A stretch of DNA of 64,000 nt from Candidatus Hydrogenedentota bacterium (GTDB taxonomy: Bacteria > Hydrogenedentota > Hydrogenedentia > Hydrogenedentales > JAEUWI01). The stretch covers positions 64,001-128,000 of the forward strand of contig JAXMOL010000001.1 of assembly GCA_034669905.1 (NCBI GenBank), given 5' to 3'. The translations under genes and the position numbers were made by a program. Under the pieces are notes generated by a model. It was not told where the DNA came from, searched no databases, and saw only the letters and a list, made by a program, of their open reading frames with translations. This document shows, piece after piece, positions 32,168 through 43,348 of this stretch. How positions within the stretch are numbered: the stretch's first letter is position 1; every line of letters begins with the position of its first letter.

Positions 32168-33508
32168 CTACTCTTCCCCCGCCTTCATCCGCGCCGCCAA
32201 CACATGCTTGCACGGCCCACGTTGGCCCTGGTGCTTGCCATACCACGGACAGGTACATTTGTCGCCCTCGTCCCGCAGGCGAATAAAGTGGGCCACGTCC
32301 GTGCCTATGACTTCCACGTCGATGCCGCCGTCATCGTGGCGGGTGAGGATGGTGACCTTATCCTCGTCGAGCAGTTTTCGCGCGCCCTTGAGCCGGGGTT
32401 GCTGCTGCTCCACCTTGCCGAGGTCGAAGGGCAGCTCGCGGTGGAAGAAGAAACCCTGGTGTACGTCGTAGCCCGCGAGACCCCGGGCGCCGAGGGCCGT
32501 GAGTGCCGCTTCGATGTCGGCCTGGGGCAGCCCCAGCTCTTCCGCCAGGTCAGCGGCGTGGAGTTCGTTTTGCCAGCGGAGCGAGGCCTGAACTTTCGCC
32601 AGATGCTTCTCCCAAGCCCCGGTCGCCAATTGCTGGAGGGCCTGGCCCTCGCCGGAGAGTCCCCGATACAATTCGGGACTGAGCAGCAGAAAAAAGCGTC
32701 CACTTTTGAGCACAGGCTCCCACGCCGAAACGCCGGTGGTGTCGTCGTACCAGACGCGCAGAGACTCAATCAGCGGCATGAGGGGCTCCAACACCTTCAC
32801 ACGGTGGGTGCCGGAAAACTGGACCGTGCCCGGCCCGGAACGTTGGGTCAGCCGGAAAGTGCGGCCGGTCTGGGTGAGGTAACAGGGACGCTTGGGCGAA
32901 TTTTTCGGCAGACCGCGCACGAATCGTCGCGCCTCGGCGGCGGGCAATTCATAGCGCAGGCTGAGCCCCGGCTGGTATTGCTGCACCTCGCTGAAACACT
33001 TCACCCAGCGCACGGGGAGCTTCACCTTCTTCTCGATGACCTCGGTGCCCGCTTTTTCGATGGCCACCGCATCCCGCCCCACGGCGAGGCGTACGTCGTC
33101 GCTGTCCCGGAGGCGTGCCAGGGCATTGCGCATGGGGGTGTTAAAGTCGACGTTAGTGGTACCTCGTTCCATGAGTTCAGTCTTGAAGGATTCGGCGGGC
33201 ACATCGGCACGGGCATAGACCCCGCAACAGTCGCTGAAACCTTCGAATCGGAGCATGGCCTCGTTGCTGGTGACGACGGGGTCGAGGTTGCGCGGCACCG
33301 GCTTGAAGAAGTGGGTACCCACGACCTCGCTCAGGACGAGCAGCAACTGGGCCACATCGCGCGGATGGCGCATGTGGCCCTCAAAAAAGTAGGGGTGCTC
33401 CTTGCGGGCATCGCAGGTGGCGAGATGGAGTCCCAGACCTTTTCCGAGATCTTCGACCCCGGAGGTGTGGGCGTAGAGATAGGTATAGTCACGAATCGCG
33501 CCTGCCAT
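32168..33508 (-). CDS. SWIM zinc finger family protein
   Basis: C-terminal CTCPW..KHQGQRGPCKH (CxC...CxH); conserved LDPVVT, LRFEGFSDCCGVYAR, GTTNVDFN, EKKV.LP.RW, FHRELPF. Confidence 0.85.
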   Translation of the reverse strand: MAGAIRDYTYLYAHTSGVEDLGKGLGLHLATCDARKEHPYFFEGHMRHPRDVAQLLLVLSEVVGTHFFKPVPRNLDPVVTSNEAMLRFEGFSDCCGVYARADVPAESFKTELMERGTTNVDFNTPMRNALARLRDSDDVRLAVGRDAVAIEKAGTEVIEKKVKLPVRWVKCFSEVQQYQPGLSLRYELPAAEARRFVRGLPKNSPKRPCYLTQTGRTFRLTQRSGPGTVQFSGTHRVKVLEPLMPLIESLRVWYDDTTGVSAWEPVLKSGRFFLLLSPELYRGLSGEGQALQQLATGAWEKHLAKVQASLRWQNELHAADLAEELGLPQADIEAALTALGARGLAGYDVHQGFFFHRELPFDLGKVEQQQPRLKGARKLLDEDKVTILTRHDDGGIDVEVIGTDVAHFIRLRDEGDKCTCPWYGKHQGQRGPCKHVLAARMKAGEE

Positions 33509-33662
33509 GGTAGGATTAGACTAGCACGGTCCTGCGCGGCATTCAAACGACTTTGCGGGGTCAACGTGTATCGAAACTGCCGCGTAAAATGAGATGTGGA
33601 GTGGGCTTCGAAGAGCAACGCGCACATTCTGTACAGGCAGGTACGTCAAGGCCTTCAAAATG

Positions 33663-33697
33663 AAAAACCACCGGATTCTGTGGAAGAATCCGGTGGT
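33663..33697 (-). terminator. intrinsic terminator of groEL
   Basis: ACCACCGGATTCT-GTGGA-AGAATCCGGTGGT hairpin followed by a T-run on the minus strand. Confidence 0.8.
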
Positions 33698-33732
33698 ATT
33701 ACGCGTTAATCAGGGGGACGTAAGCCCGAGGC

Positions 33733-35391
<1,659 letters not shown>

Positions 35392-35484
35392 CTAATTCTC
35401 CTTATGCTGCGCACACGGGGTGTGCATCAAAAAAAAGTACAGGTACCGTACCGTTTCAATGGAACTTAAGGCCATCGAGGCCTG

Positions 35485-35511
35485 TTAGCACTCCATCCGA
35501 TGGAGTGCTAA
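35485..35511. promoter_or_regulatory. CIRCE element (HrcA operator)
   Basis: Perfect TTAGCACTC-N9-GAGTGCTAA upstream of groEL. Confidence 0.96.
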
Positions 35512-35520
35512 CAAGAGCGC

Positions 35521-35549
35521 ATACTAGCATATCGCCACGGGAGTGTCAA
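35521..35549 (-). promoter_or_regulatory. sigma70-type promoter of groEL
   Basis: Minus strand TTGACA, 17-bp spacer ending in TGC (extended -10), then TAGTAT, immediately upstream of CIRCE. Confidence 0.8.
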
Positions 35550-35721
35550 GCTTGCGCCCCCCTATCCGGTCCGCATTCGCACCCGGAAATACGCCCGGAG
35601 AGCGTCCCCTAAGTAACTACAAACACTTGCCTTAGTCTATCCCGCCGGGCGAGAGCGCATCCGGCTGGCCCCCAGACGTGCGCCCCTCCCCACCCGGCGC
35701 AGGGCAATAAGCGGGTGACGC

Positions 35722-36414
35722 TCAGGTGCCCTCGGGCAGGCGTTTCCAGGCGTGGGGGGCCAGCGGCTGGCGCAAACCGGCCTCCAGACGCTGCATGAAG
35801 GCCGCACGGGAGATTTCACGGGCTCCGAGCCGTTCCAGGTGGGGATTGGCCACCTGACAATCAATCAGACTCAGCCCCCAGTCCTGCGCGGCCGTCGTGA
35901 GGGTGTGCGCCGCCACCTTGGAAGCGTTAGACTGGTGTGAAAACATGGATTCGCCAAAGAAACAGCTGCCCAACGCGACGCCGTAGAGCCCCCCCACCAA
36001 GCGTTCTCCGGCCCAACATTCGATGGACATGGCGTAACCGGCCTCGTGCAGGTCAATGTAGGCCGCTTCCATCTCCGGGGTAATCCAGGTGCCATCCTGC
36101 CCGGGACGGGGCGTAGCACCGCAGGCCCGGATCACGTCGGGAAACGCCTGATTGAGCGTTATGTTAAACATCTTTTTCTTGATGACGCGCCGTAGGCTGC
36201 GGGAGCAATGGAACTCATCGGGCAGGAGCACCATACGGGGGTCGGGGGCCCACCAGAGCAAGGGTTCCCCTTCGGAATACCAGGGAAAGATGCCGGAGCG
36301 GTAGGCGAGCAGCAGACGTTTACGCTGGAGGTCGCCCCCAACGGCTAACAATCCGGTTTCTGCGGCTTCCACGGGCGGAAAGGCGATTTCATGGGTGAGT
36401 CTGAATACGGGCAT
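35722..36414 (-). CDS. aat: leucyl/phenylalanyl-tRNA--protein transferase
   Basis: GLLAVGGDL, AY..GIFPW, WW.PDPR, TWIT, LVGGLYG, FFGESMF, IDCQ. Confidence 0.96.
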   Translation of the reverse strand: MPVFRLTHEIAFPPVEAAETGLLAVGGDLQRKRLLLAYRSGIFPWYSEGEPLLWWAPDPRMVLLPDEFHCSRSLRRVIKKKMFNITLNQAFPDVIRACGATPRPGQDGTWITPEMEAAYIDLHEAGYAMSIECWAGERLVGGLYGVALGSCFFGESMFSHQSNASKVAAHTLTTAAQDWGLSLIDCQVANPHLERLGAREISRAAFMQRLEAGLRQPLAPHAWKRLPEGT

Positions 36415-36470
36415 AGGCCACCATGGTACGGATGGGCGAATGGAAAAAGAAAGTCCGTCGGCACACGTTC

Positions 36471-37736
36471 TCAGGTGGGCGTGGTCGCCTTGTGCTGACG
36501 CGCGTGGGCTTCGAGAATATCAGCGGCCCGTTCGGTGGCACCGCCCGCCGTCACTTCGGCCTGGAAGCGGCGCGCGTTTTCGCCATAACGGGGGTCGTTG
36601 ATTAGGGTATCGAGGGCGGCGAGCATTTCTGCCCCCTTCATCTTACGGGGCACCCCTTTCAGCCCGAATTCATGTTCGAGCATGTAGGCCGTACAGAGTT
36701 GCTGCTCCAAATGACCGGGCAGGGCCAGCATGGGTTTCCCGGCGGCCAGGGCCTGATACATGCTGCCGTTGCCCCCATGATGTACCACCGCTGCGCAGTG
36801 CTCCATGATGGCAAGGCCGGGCGCATAGGTGGCAAAGCGGAAGTTGTCCGGTGCCAGGGCCATGCCCGCTTCAGACACCTGGCCGGCCGTGGTAACCACA
36901 AAGCGATAGTCACTGTTACCCAGGGCCTCATAGCAATTACGCAGTAACGGCTCCAACAGCCCCGTGGACCCCATGGTGATATAAATGTTGGTCGTCCCAT
37001 CGTCCAACTCGTCATACCAGTCCGGCAGGGTAGACGGCGGTTCATACAGGATGGGTCCGATGGACTGCCACAAGGGGAAGTCATCGTGGCTCTTGTGGAA
37101 GGCCGGCAAATCGGGCGAGAGCAAGGGGGTTTTGCGCAGCAGTTTGATGCCGTTGACTGGCTTCCGCCCCAGCTTGCGATAAACCCGGGCACGCATGCGT
37201 CCGAAGTGGAGTAATTCCGCGGTGTGAATCAGGAAGTTAAAAAAACTCCACGGGCGCACGAAGTAGGTGTTGTAGGCATTGAAGACACCGGCGGCCGGGA
37301 TACCGAGGATATCCCCCGCAGGCGATACCCCCACGCTGGCATCACCGAGGATCAGATCGGGTTGCTCTTCTTCGCAGACCCGGATGATATCCTCCAGGAT
37401 CTCATCGAGGGGGGCCCACTTGCGGCTGTGTAACACATCCCAGAGGGCGACCAGAATGCCGTAATCGTGAAAACGATCCCAGGCATAGGGCTGGTAGGGC
37501 TCCTTCACTTCCAGCACCCGAAATCCCTGCACCTCGGCCTGGTTCAGTTTGGATCGGGGGTCGCTCGTGCTCACGCCGCCGAAGACCACTTCATGGCCCC
37601 GCTCCCGGAGGGTCTTGGCAATTTCTACGCAACGGCCCACGTGGGCGAGGCCGAAGCCCTGGGGAAAGAACATGAACTTCAACGGGCGGATCGACGGATC
37701 GACCGAAGTAGCCTCGCTTTCTGACGGCTGGGTCAT
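36471..37736 (-). CDS. GT-B glycosyltransferase (GT1/MGT-like)
   Basis: GLAHVGR N-terminal His, YITMGSTG, VVHHGGNGS, P...EQ. Confidence 0.85.
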   Translation of the reverse strand: MTQPSESEATSVDPSIRPLKFMFFPQGFGLAHVGRCVEIAKTLRERGHEVVFGGVSTSDPRSKLNQAEVQGFRVLEVKEPYQPYAWDRFHDYGILVALWDVLHSRKWAPLDEILEDIIRVCEEEQPDLILGDASVGVSPAGDILGIPAAGVFNAYNTYFVRPWSFFNFLIHTAELLHFGRMRARVYRKLGRKPVNGIKLLRKTPLLSPDLPAFHKSHDDFPLWQSIGPILYEPPSTLPDWYDELDDGTTNIYITMGSTGLLEPLLRNCYEALGNSDYRFVVTTAGQVSEAGMALAPDNFRFATYAPGLAIMEHCAAVVHHGGNGSMYQALAAGKPMLALPGHLEQQLCTAYMLEHEFGLKGVPRKMKGAEMLAALDTLINDPRYGENARRFQAEVTAGGATERAADILEAHARQHKATTPT

Positions 37737-38662
37737 CCCAACTCCTCCTGTACCTTGGGCGTCTCCACGGTGCGGTTGGCACGCCAGGCGGCCAGTCCGG
37801 CTTCAATCTCACCCAGAATCGTCTTTCCGAGTATGCCCTTCTTCTTGAGGTCAGCGGCGCAGTTGTGCCGTCCCGAGTCGAGGGGCATCAGGGTTATACT
37901 TGGAATGTCCTTGTGATAGGCCGCCTGGGCGGCATCGGGTGCACACCGCGCACCGAAAATAATAGTGGCCCGTGGCGGTGCCGGCGTTACATCAAGATAG
38001 CATTGGGTGATGTCGGGCACGTTTTCTTCCCCGTGGATACGGCAGATCTTGCGCCATACCAGTTGGGCGCCCAGTGTAACCAACACCACTTCCGCATAGG
38101 CCGCCGGCTCGGTGAGGAGTTTCTTCACATTAAAATAGGTCTTGAGCTGGTTGCGGGGATCGGTGTAGACCCGGGGCGGAAAGCCCGGGGCAAAGGTCAC
38201 GATCTGGTGGATACGTGCGAAGGAACTGACGTAGAAAGCGCCCGCACCGCCGGCAGAGGCCCCGATGGCCACGTTGTAGGAAGAACCCAGCTGCTCCAGC
38301 GTCTCGTTCACGAGGGGCATATAAAAGTCGATGCCACCCGGGCCGCCGGTGGGGTGCTCAAAGTAGCCTGCACGGCGCGGATCCCGCACAAAAACGAGGT
38401 TGTAGTTGTTGTCGTTTTCCTTGAGCATCTGGCGAAACTCAAACTGGGGCATCCCCGCATAGAGCACCGCCATGCCCGCAAAAGAGACGATGGTCACATC
38501 CGAGCCGTTATCTTCCACCTGGATGAAGTGACTCCGATCGAAGTCACCCGAAGAAATCTGGGGGTCGGTGAAATCGAAGGTACCCTCTTGCTCCATGCTC
38601 TTAGCAAGGCTGGGCATGAAGATTCGGCTGAGTAATTTGATGAAAAAGTTCAGAAATGCCAT
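37733..38662 (-). CDS. hypothetical alpha/beta-hydrolase-fold protein
   Basis: SFAG, GASAGG elbow, late Asp and His (SGRHNC); stop overlaps the GT start (ATGA). Confidence 0.6.
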   Translation of the reverse strand: MAFLNFFIKLLSRIFMPSLAKSMEQEGTFDFTDPQISSGDFDRSHFIQVEDNGSDVTIVSFAGMAVLYAGMPQFEFRQMLKENDNNYNLVFVRDPRRAGYFEHPTGGPGGIDFYMPLVNETLEQLGSSYNVAIGASAGGAGAFYVSSFARIHQIVTFAPGFPPRVYTDPRNQLKTYFNVKKLLTEPAAYAEVVLVTLGAQLVWRKICRIHGEENVPDITQCYLDVTPAPPRATIIFGARCAPDAAQAAYHKDIPSITLMPLDSGRHNCAADLKKKGILGKTILGEIEAGLAAWRANRTVETPKVQEELG

Positions 38663-38863
38663 AAATCCGGGGTACTCGATTGCTGCAAGATGTGAACGGG
38701 TTGGGTGCACCCCAGTATACCCGACCTGCCGGGGGACGTTACAGAAGGAAGGCCTGGGCCGCTGGTTCCCCCCGGGTGGAGACCATGAAAAATCGGGCGC
38801 GGGCCATTTGGCAGCCAGCGCCCGATGTCGTTCATCGTTTTGGAGTGTTTCCCGTGACCGGGG

Positions 38864-41779
38864 CTAGTTGGAAAAGATCTCTTCCAACGTGACCTTGCGA
38901 ATCGGCGCCACCTTGGCGAGGGCCTCCAGGTCGATCTTGCTTTCATCGCCCACAATGGAAATCAGCTTGGGCCGTCCCTTAATCACGGACTCGTGAAAAG
39001 CCAGCACGTTGCTCAGGTTGCTTGCCTGGATGGCTTCATAGCGTGCCTCGCGGGGGTCACCCACCAGGCCCAGGTCTTCCCAACCGCGGACGGCACCGAT
39101 GACGCCACGAAAGTCCACTTTTCCGGTGCGGTAGCGGTTGATGAGGGCTTCCCGCGTAATGGCAAAGCGCTCTTCAGATGCTGGCAGGTTGTCCAACAAA
39201 TCGATGAAGGCCTTGGTGGCTTCCACGGTCTTGTCGGCCTGGCTGCCAATGACGCCCACCATGATATTTTCATCATCCAACTCGCTGCCTTCGATATAGC
39301 GGGCACCGGCGGAGTAGGCCAGGGCGCGGGCTTCCCGCAATTCCTGGAAGACAATACCGGCCATGCCGCCGGCAAAGTAGTTGTTGTAGAGCTGGATGGT
39401 GGGATTGAGCCCTTCGGAGTAAAAGCCACTGCCAAACTCCAGACGAATCTGGGCCTGGGCCGCCTCTTTATGGTGGAAGTAGATTTCCGTCTGCTCCGGG
39501 GTACGGGCAAGCCGATTGGCGGCCTCGGGGGCTTCCTTCACGTCCTTGCGTTCCCCATAGAAGGTCTTGATGGCCGCGATCACCTCTTCCAGGGGCAGGG
39601 TACCGACGTAGCTGACGTTCTGTTCATACTGCAGCACGTTCTGGGCATTCTGATAGAGGGACTCGGCAGAGATGCCTTGGATTTCTTCGTTGGTCATGCG
39701 GGTCAGGAAATCCGACTCGTCGCCATAGCGGTTATACTGAACCACCGCCTGGGAAATGCTCTGGGCTTCCTTCTGGGCATCGGCACGCTGTACCAGGACG
39801 ATTTTCTTCAGCTCGTCGAGGGTCTCCGGCGGTGCCTGGGGCGTGTGAATGGCATCGTGCAAGAGGGCCATCGAAGCCGCGAAATTTTCATCGAGACCGG
39901 AGATCGAAATGCTGACGTCTTCATCGCCCGCGCCGAAGCCCATGTTGGTGCCGAGCTTGTACCACTCTTGCTGCAGGGCCTCGGGGCTGAGTTTATCGGT
40001 GCCGGACTTCGTGTAGAGGGCGGCCGCCAGGTTGAGGGTATTGTCGTGACGGGTACCCACCGGGGCATCAATCGAGAAACTGAACAGGTCGTTGAGCGGG
40101 TTCTTCACATAATACAACCGGACGCCTTCCATCGCTTCCACGATCGTGAGGTCCTGGTCCCGGTCCACGAAGGTGGGCTTGATGGGGTCTACCGCTACAC
40201 CGAGCAAGTCGCGGGCAAACTCCGACTCGCGGCGGGGATCGATGTCGATGGCCGCCAGTTCGGGCTTCTCGATATCGGGCACACTGTGGGGCGCGTCTTT
40301 CCGCAATCCGGCCACATAGTTGTCGCCAAAGTACTTGTTAGCCACGCGCACGATATCATCCTTCGTGAGCTTTTCCATGCGCTCAAAGCGGGCGACGTGT
40401 TCGTCCCAGGGCTGGAAGGCTAACCAGGACTGCCGCATGTCGGAGACCCGGGCCGGGTCTGATTCGAGGCCTGCCTTGGTATTCTTCTTGAAGTCATTGA
40501 TGATGGCGGGGACCAGCCAATCGCCGAACTCACCTTTCTTAACCAGCGCGAGTTGCTCCAGCAGCAGGGCTTCCACCTCTTCCAGCGTCTGCTCTTCCTT
40601 GGGAATGCCCCACAGATACTGGGCCCCATAGTCATTGAGCAACATGGGGTTGGAGCCTGCCTGGCGCACCCGCTGCTGTTGATTGAGGTTAAGGTTAATC
40701 AGCCCGGCACTGGCATTGTCGAGAATCATATCAATGAGACTCAAGGCCTCCGCATCTTCGTGATCTTGCGGAGCCGTGCGGAAGGCGAGCAACACAAATT
40801 CTTCGCCTTCATAGGTGCGGACGACTTCCTCTCGTCCATCGAGGGGCGCTTCTTCCCACGTTTTGGGCTCGGGAATATCGGCCGGTTTCCAGCTGGAGAA
40901 TTGGGCATCGATAATATCCATCGTCTCTTTTTTATCGATATCGCCGGAGAGGAAAATGGCCATATTGTTCGGCACATACCAGGTCTCAAAGTATTCGCTG
41001 ATATTCTGCAACGAAGGATTCTTCAGATGCTCTACCGTGCCGATGGTGGGCTGGGTTCCATAGGGGTGCTTCTTGAAGAGCTCCTCATTAACGGCATAGC
41101 GAATAATCCGGTCCTTGTTGTCGAGGGCCCGGTTCATTTCTTCATAGACGGTTTCCAGCTCCGTCTGAAAGAGCCGGAACACGGGATTGGCAAATCGCTC
41201 GGCTTCGAGGCGTGCCCACTGCTCCAGCCGGTTGGCGGGCAGGCTCACCTTGTACACGGTTTCTTCATGCCAGGTGTGGGCATTAACCATCGAGCCCCCC
41301 ATGGACTTGTAGACCCGATCCAACTCGTTGGGCACGGCGTATTCCGCCGCCGCGAGGGAAGCCTCATTGATCTGGGCATAGATGGCCTTGCGCTTCTCGG
41401 GATCGGTTTCGTTGAAGTGCTCCTGATAAAGGGCTTCAATCTTTTCGATATAGACCCGCTCCTTCTCATAATCCAGGGTTCCGAGGTGGGTGGTCCCTTT
41501 GAAGAGCAGGTGCTCGAGGTAGTGGGCCAGGCCAGTGGACTCGGCCGGGTCCTGTTTGCTGCCAGCGCGGACGGCGATTTCGGCATAGAAACGGGGCGTC
41601 TCGTGGTTTTCGGTCAAATAGACTGTCAACCCGTTGTCCAGCTTATAGATAGAGACTGCCATCTCATCGTCGGGATTGGGCGAATTGACCTGCTCATAGG
41701 CACCGTGTGCCTGGGAACCCAGAAGAACACCGGCGGTGAACAGGACAAGGGCCGCGACGCGTAGATACATTCGTTTCAT
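38864..41779 (-). CDS. secreted M16 family zinc metallopeptidase (insulinase-like)
   Basis: TGLAHYLEHLLFKGT (HxxEH), NAHT, HPYG, FQELREARALAYS; signal peptide. Confidence 0.93.
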   Translation of the reverse strand: MKRMYLRVAALVLFTAGVLLGSQAHGAYEQVNSPNPDDEMAVSIYKLDNGLTVYLTENHETPRFYAEIAVRAGSKQDPAESTGLAHYLEHLLFKGTTHLGTLDYEKERVYIEKIEALYQEHFNETDPEKRKAIYAQINEASLAAAEYAVPNELDRVYKSMGGSMVNAHTWHEETVYKVSLPANRLEQWARLEAERFANPVFRLFQTELETVYEEMNRALDNKDRIIRYAVNEELFKKHPYGTQPTIGTVEHLKNPSLQNISEYFETWYVPNNMAIFLSGDIDKKETMDIIDAQFSSWKPADIPEPKTWEEAPLDGREEVVRTYEGEEFVLLAFRTAPQDHEDAEALSLIDMILDNASAGLINLNLNQQQRVRQAGSNPMLLNDYGAQYLWGIPKEEQTLEEVEALLLEQLALVKKGEFGDWLVPAIINDFKKNTKAGLESDPARVSDMRQSWLAFQPWDEHVARFERMEKLTKDDIVRVANKYFGDNYVAGLRKDAPHSVPDIEKPELAAIDIDPRRESEFARDLLGVAVDPIKPTFVDRDQDLTIVEAMEGVRLYYVKNPLNDLFSFSIDAPVGTRHDNTLNLAAALYTKSGTDKLSPEALQQEWYKLGTNMGFGAGDEDVSISISGLDENFAASMALLHDAIHTPQAPPETLDELKKIVLVQRADAQKEAQSISQAVVQYNRYGDESDFLTRMTNEEIQGISAESLYQNAQNVLQYEQNVSYVGTLPLEEVIAAIKTFYGERKDVKEAPEAANRLARTPEQTEIYFHHKEAAQAQIRLEFGSGFYSEGLNPTIQLYNNYFAGGMAGIVFQELREARALAYSAGARYIEGSELDDENIMVGVIGSQADKTVEATKAFIDLLDNLPASEERFAITREALINRYRTGKVDFRGVIGAVRGWEDLGLVGDPREARYEAIQASNLSNVLAFHESVIKGRPKLISIVGDESKIDLEALAKVAPIRKVTLEEIFSN

Positions 41780-41840
41780 AGTCAATCGTTCCTTCTGTAG
41801 CAACCAGGGGGAAACCGAATCGGGGCGTTTTTAATAGATT

Positions 41841-41881
41841 CATCGGGGCCGACGAAACCGTGTGCCTCGTCGGCCCCGATG
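41841..41881. terminator. 15-bp stem-loop between the Gfo/Idh/MocA and M16 genes
   Basis: CATCGGGGCCGACGA...TCGTCGGCCCCGATG; no U-tract, so it may be an mRNA stabiliser instead. Confidence 0.5.
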
Positions 41882-41888
41882 GCATGGA

Positions 41889-43169
41889 TCAGGTGAGTTT
41901 GGGCACTTCAAAACCCTGGCGGTATTCCTTGGTCAACAGTGCGTTGGCTTCGGCGTCGCTCTTAATGAGGTGATTCTCCGCGTCAAAGTGGACGGTGCGT
42001 CCCGTACGGAAGGAAATATCGCCGAGGTGACAAATCGCGGCAGCCTCGAGTCCCTGCTGGGCCGTCGAAGTAATCCGGCTCCGGTCGTCCCCGCGAATGG
42101 CCTCGATAAAGTTGTTGAGGTGCGTATGGGTGGCGTTGACCCGCTCAAAGCCGACTTCATCGGGGATTTCTTCCCCTTTGGTGTTGTAAAACTTACCCTC
42201 GGCCATCCAGCCTTCCGAGCCGTAGAGGAACATCCCGACCTGGGTATTGTGCTCTTTCGGGCTATAGCGGCCCCGAACTTCGTTGACCAACATGGTGCCG
42301 TCGGCGAAGGTCGCCGTGGACACCTGGGTGTTGGGCGTCTCGGCCGGGTCGTCGTAGCCAAAGCGTCCCCCTTCGCTGTGGACCTTGACCGGCAGCCCGC
42401 GGTTAAGCGACCAGTTGGCAATATCGGTGAAGTGCACCAGATTGTTGCCTACTTCTCCGTTGCCATAGCGCCAGAACCAGTGCCAGTTATAGTGCACATA
42501 GTTGGGATTGAAGGCCTGCTCCATGGCCGGCCCCTGCCACAGGGACCAGTCCAGCCATTCCGGGGGCTCTTCATCGGCCACGACCGGCAGGGCATCCCGA
42601 CGGTTGAAGCAGACGCAGCGAGCCAGATAGATATCGCCAATCACCCCACTGTTCCCCCGCTCCACCATCCGTTGCCAGAGGGGTTCGGAGCGGCGCTGGG
42701 TGCCGTGCATGAGAATCTTGCCATACTTCTTCTCGGCCGCGACGAGTTGAAGGCCCTCCCAGTAGGTGTGGCACATGGGCTTTTCCACATAGACATGTTT
42801 GCCCGCTTCCAGGGCCCACATCGCCGCGAGCACGTGCCAGTGATTGGGAAGAGCGATGGTCACGGCGTCGATTTCCGGGTCGGCCAGCACATCGCGCATG
42901 TCGCGGTAGAGCTTGGGCTTCTTCCCCGTTTTCTCTTCCAGGGCCTTGGCTTCCCGCTCCAGCACCTGGCTGTCCACGTCGCACAGGGCGACTATCTCGC
43001 CGTGTTCCGAAGCCAGAACACCCGCGATGTGGGCTCGGCCTCGGTTTTGCACACCAATGGTAGCCACCCGAATCTTTTCGTTGGCCCCTTGGGCTGATGC
43101 GGGAAGAATACTTGCACCGACCGCGGCCACGCCGGTGGCGGCCAGAAAATCTCGTCGGGATAGGGTCAT
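41889..43169 (-). CDS. Tat-exported Gfo/Idh/MocA family oxidoreductase
   Basis: SRRDFL Tat signal, PNHWH, HVYVEKP, GTQRRS, WHWFW.YG.G. Confidence 0.92.
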   Translation of the reverse strand: MTLSRRDFLAATGVAAVGASILPASAQGANEKIRVATIGVQNRGRAHIAGVLASEHGEIVALCDVDSQVLEREAKALEEKTGKKPKLYRDMRDVLADPEIDAVTIALPNHWHVLAAMWALEAGKHVYVEKPMCHTYWEGLQLVAAEKKYGKILMHGTQRRSEPLWQRMVERGNSGVIGDIYLARCVCFNRRDALPVVADEEPPEWLDWSLWQGPAMEQAFNPNYVHYNWHWFWRYGNGEVGNNLVHFTDIANWSLNRGLPVKVHSEGGRFGYDDPAETPNTQVSTATFADGTMLVNEVRGRYSPKEHNTQVGMFLYGSEGWMAEGKFYNTKGEEIPDEVGFERVNATHTHLNNFIEAIRGDDRSRITSTAQQGLEAAAICHLGDISFRTGRTVHFDAENHLIKSDAEANALLTKEYRQGFEVPKLT

Positions 43170-43296
43170 GATACATTCCTCAGTCGTTTTGTGAATTGTG
43201 ATGCCCGCCTGATGGGGTATATATAGAGAGGAAATGGTACACCATGCCCTCCGGCCCTGTAAAAAAATATAAGTGCCCCCCGTGCCCCCAATAACA

Positions 43297-43328
43297 ACGC
43301 CGCAGCACCCGGGTGGGCACTGCGGCGT
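43297..43328 (-). terminator. putative terminator of the giant CHRD gene
   Basis: ACGCCGCAG...CTGCGGCGT stem just past the stop at 43349, followed by TGTTATT on the minus strand. Confidence 0.5.
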
Positions 43329-43348
43329 CAGGCCGGTCGCTTCGTTAA

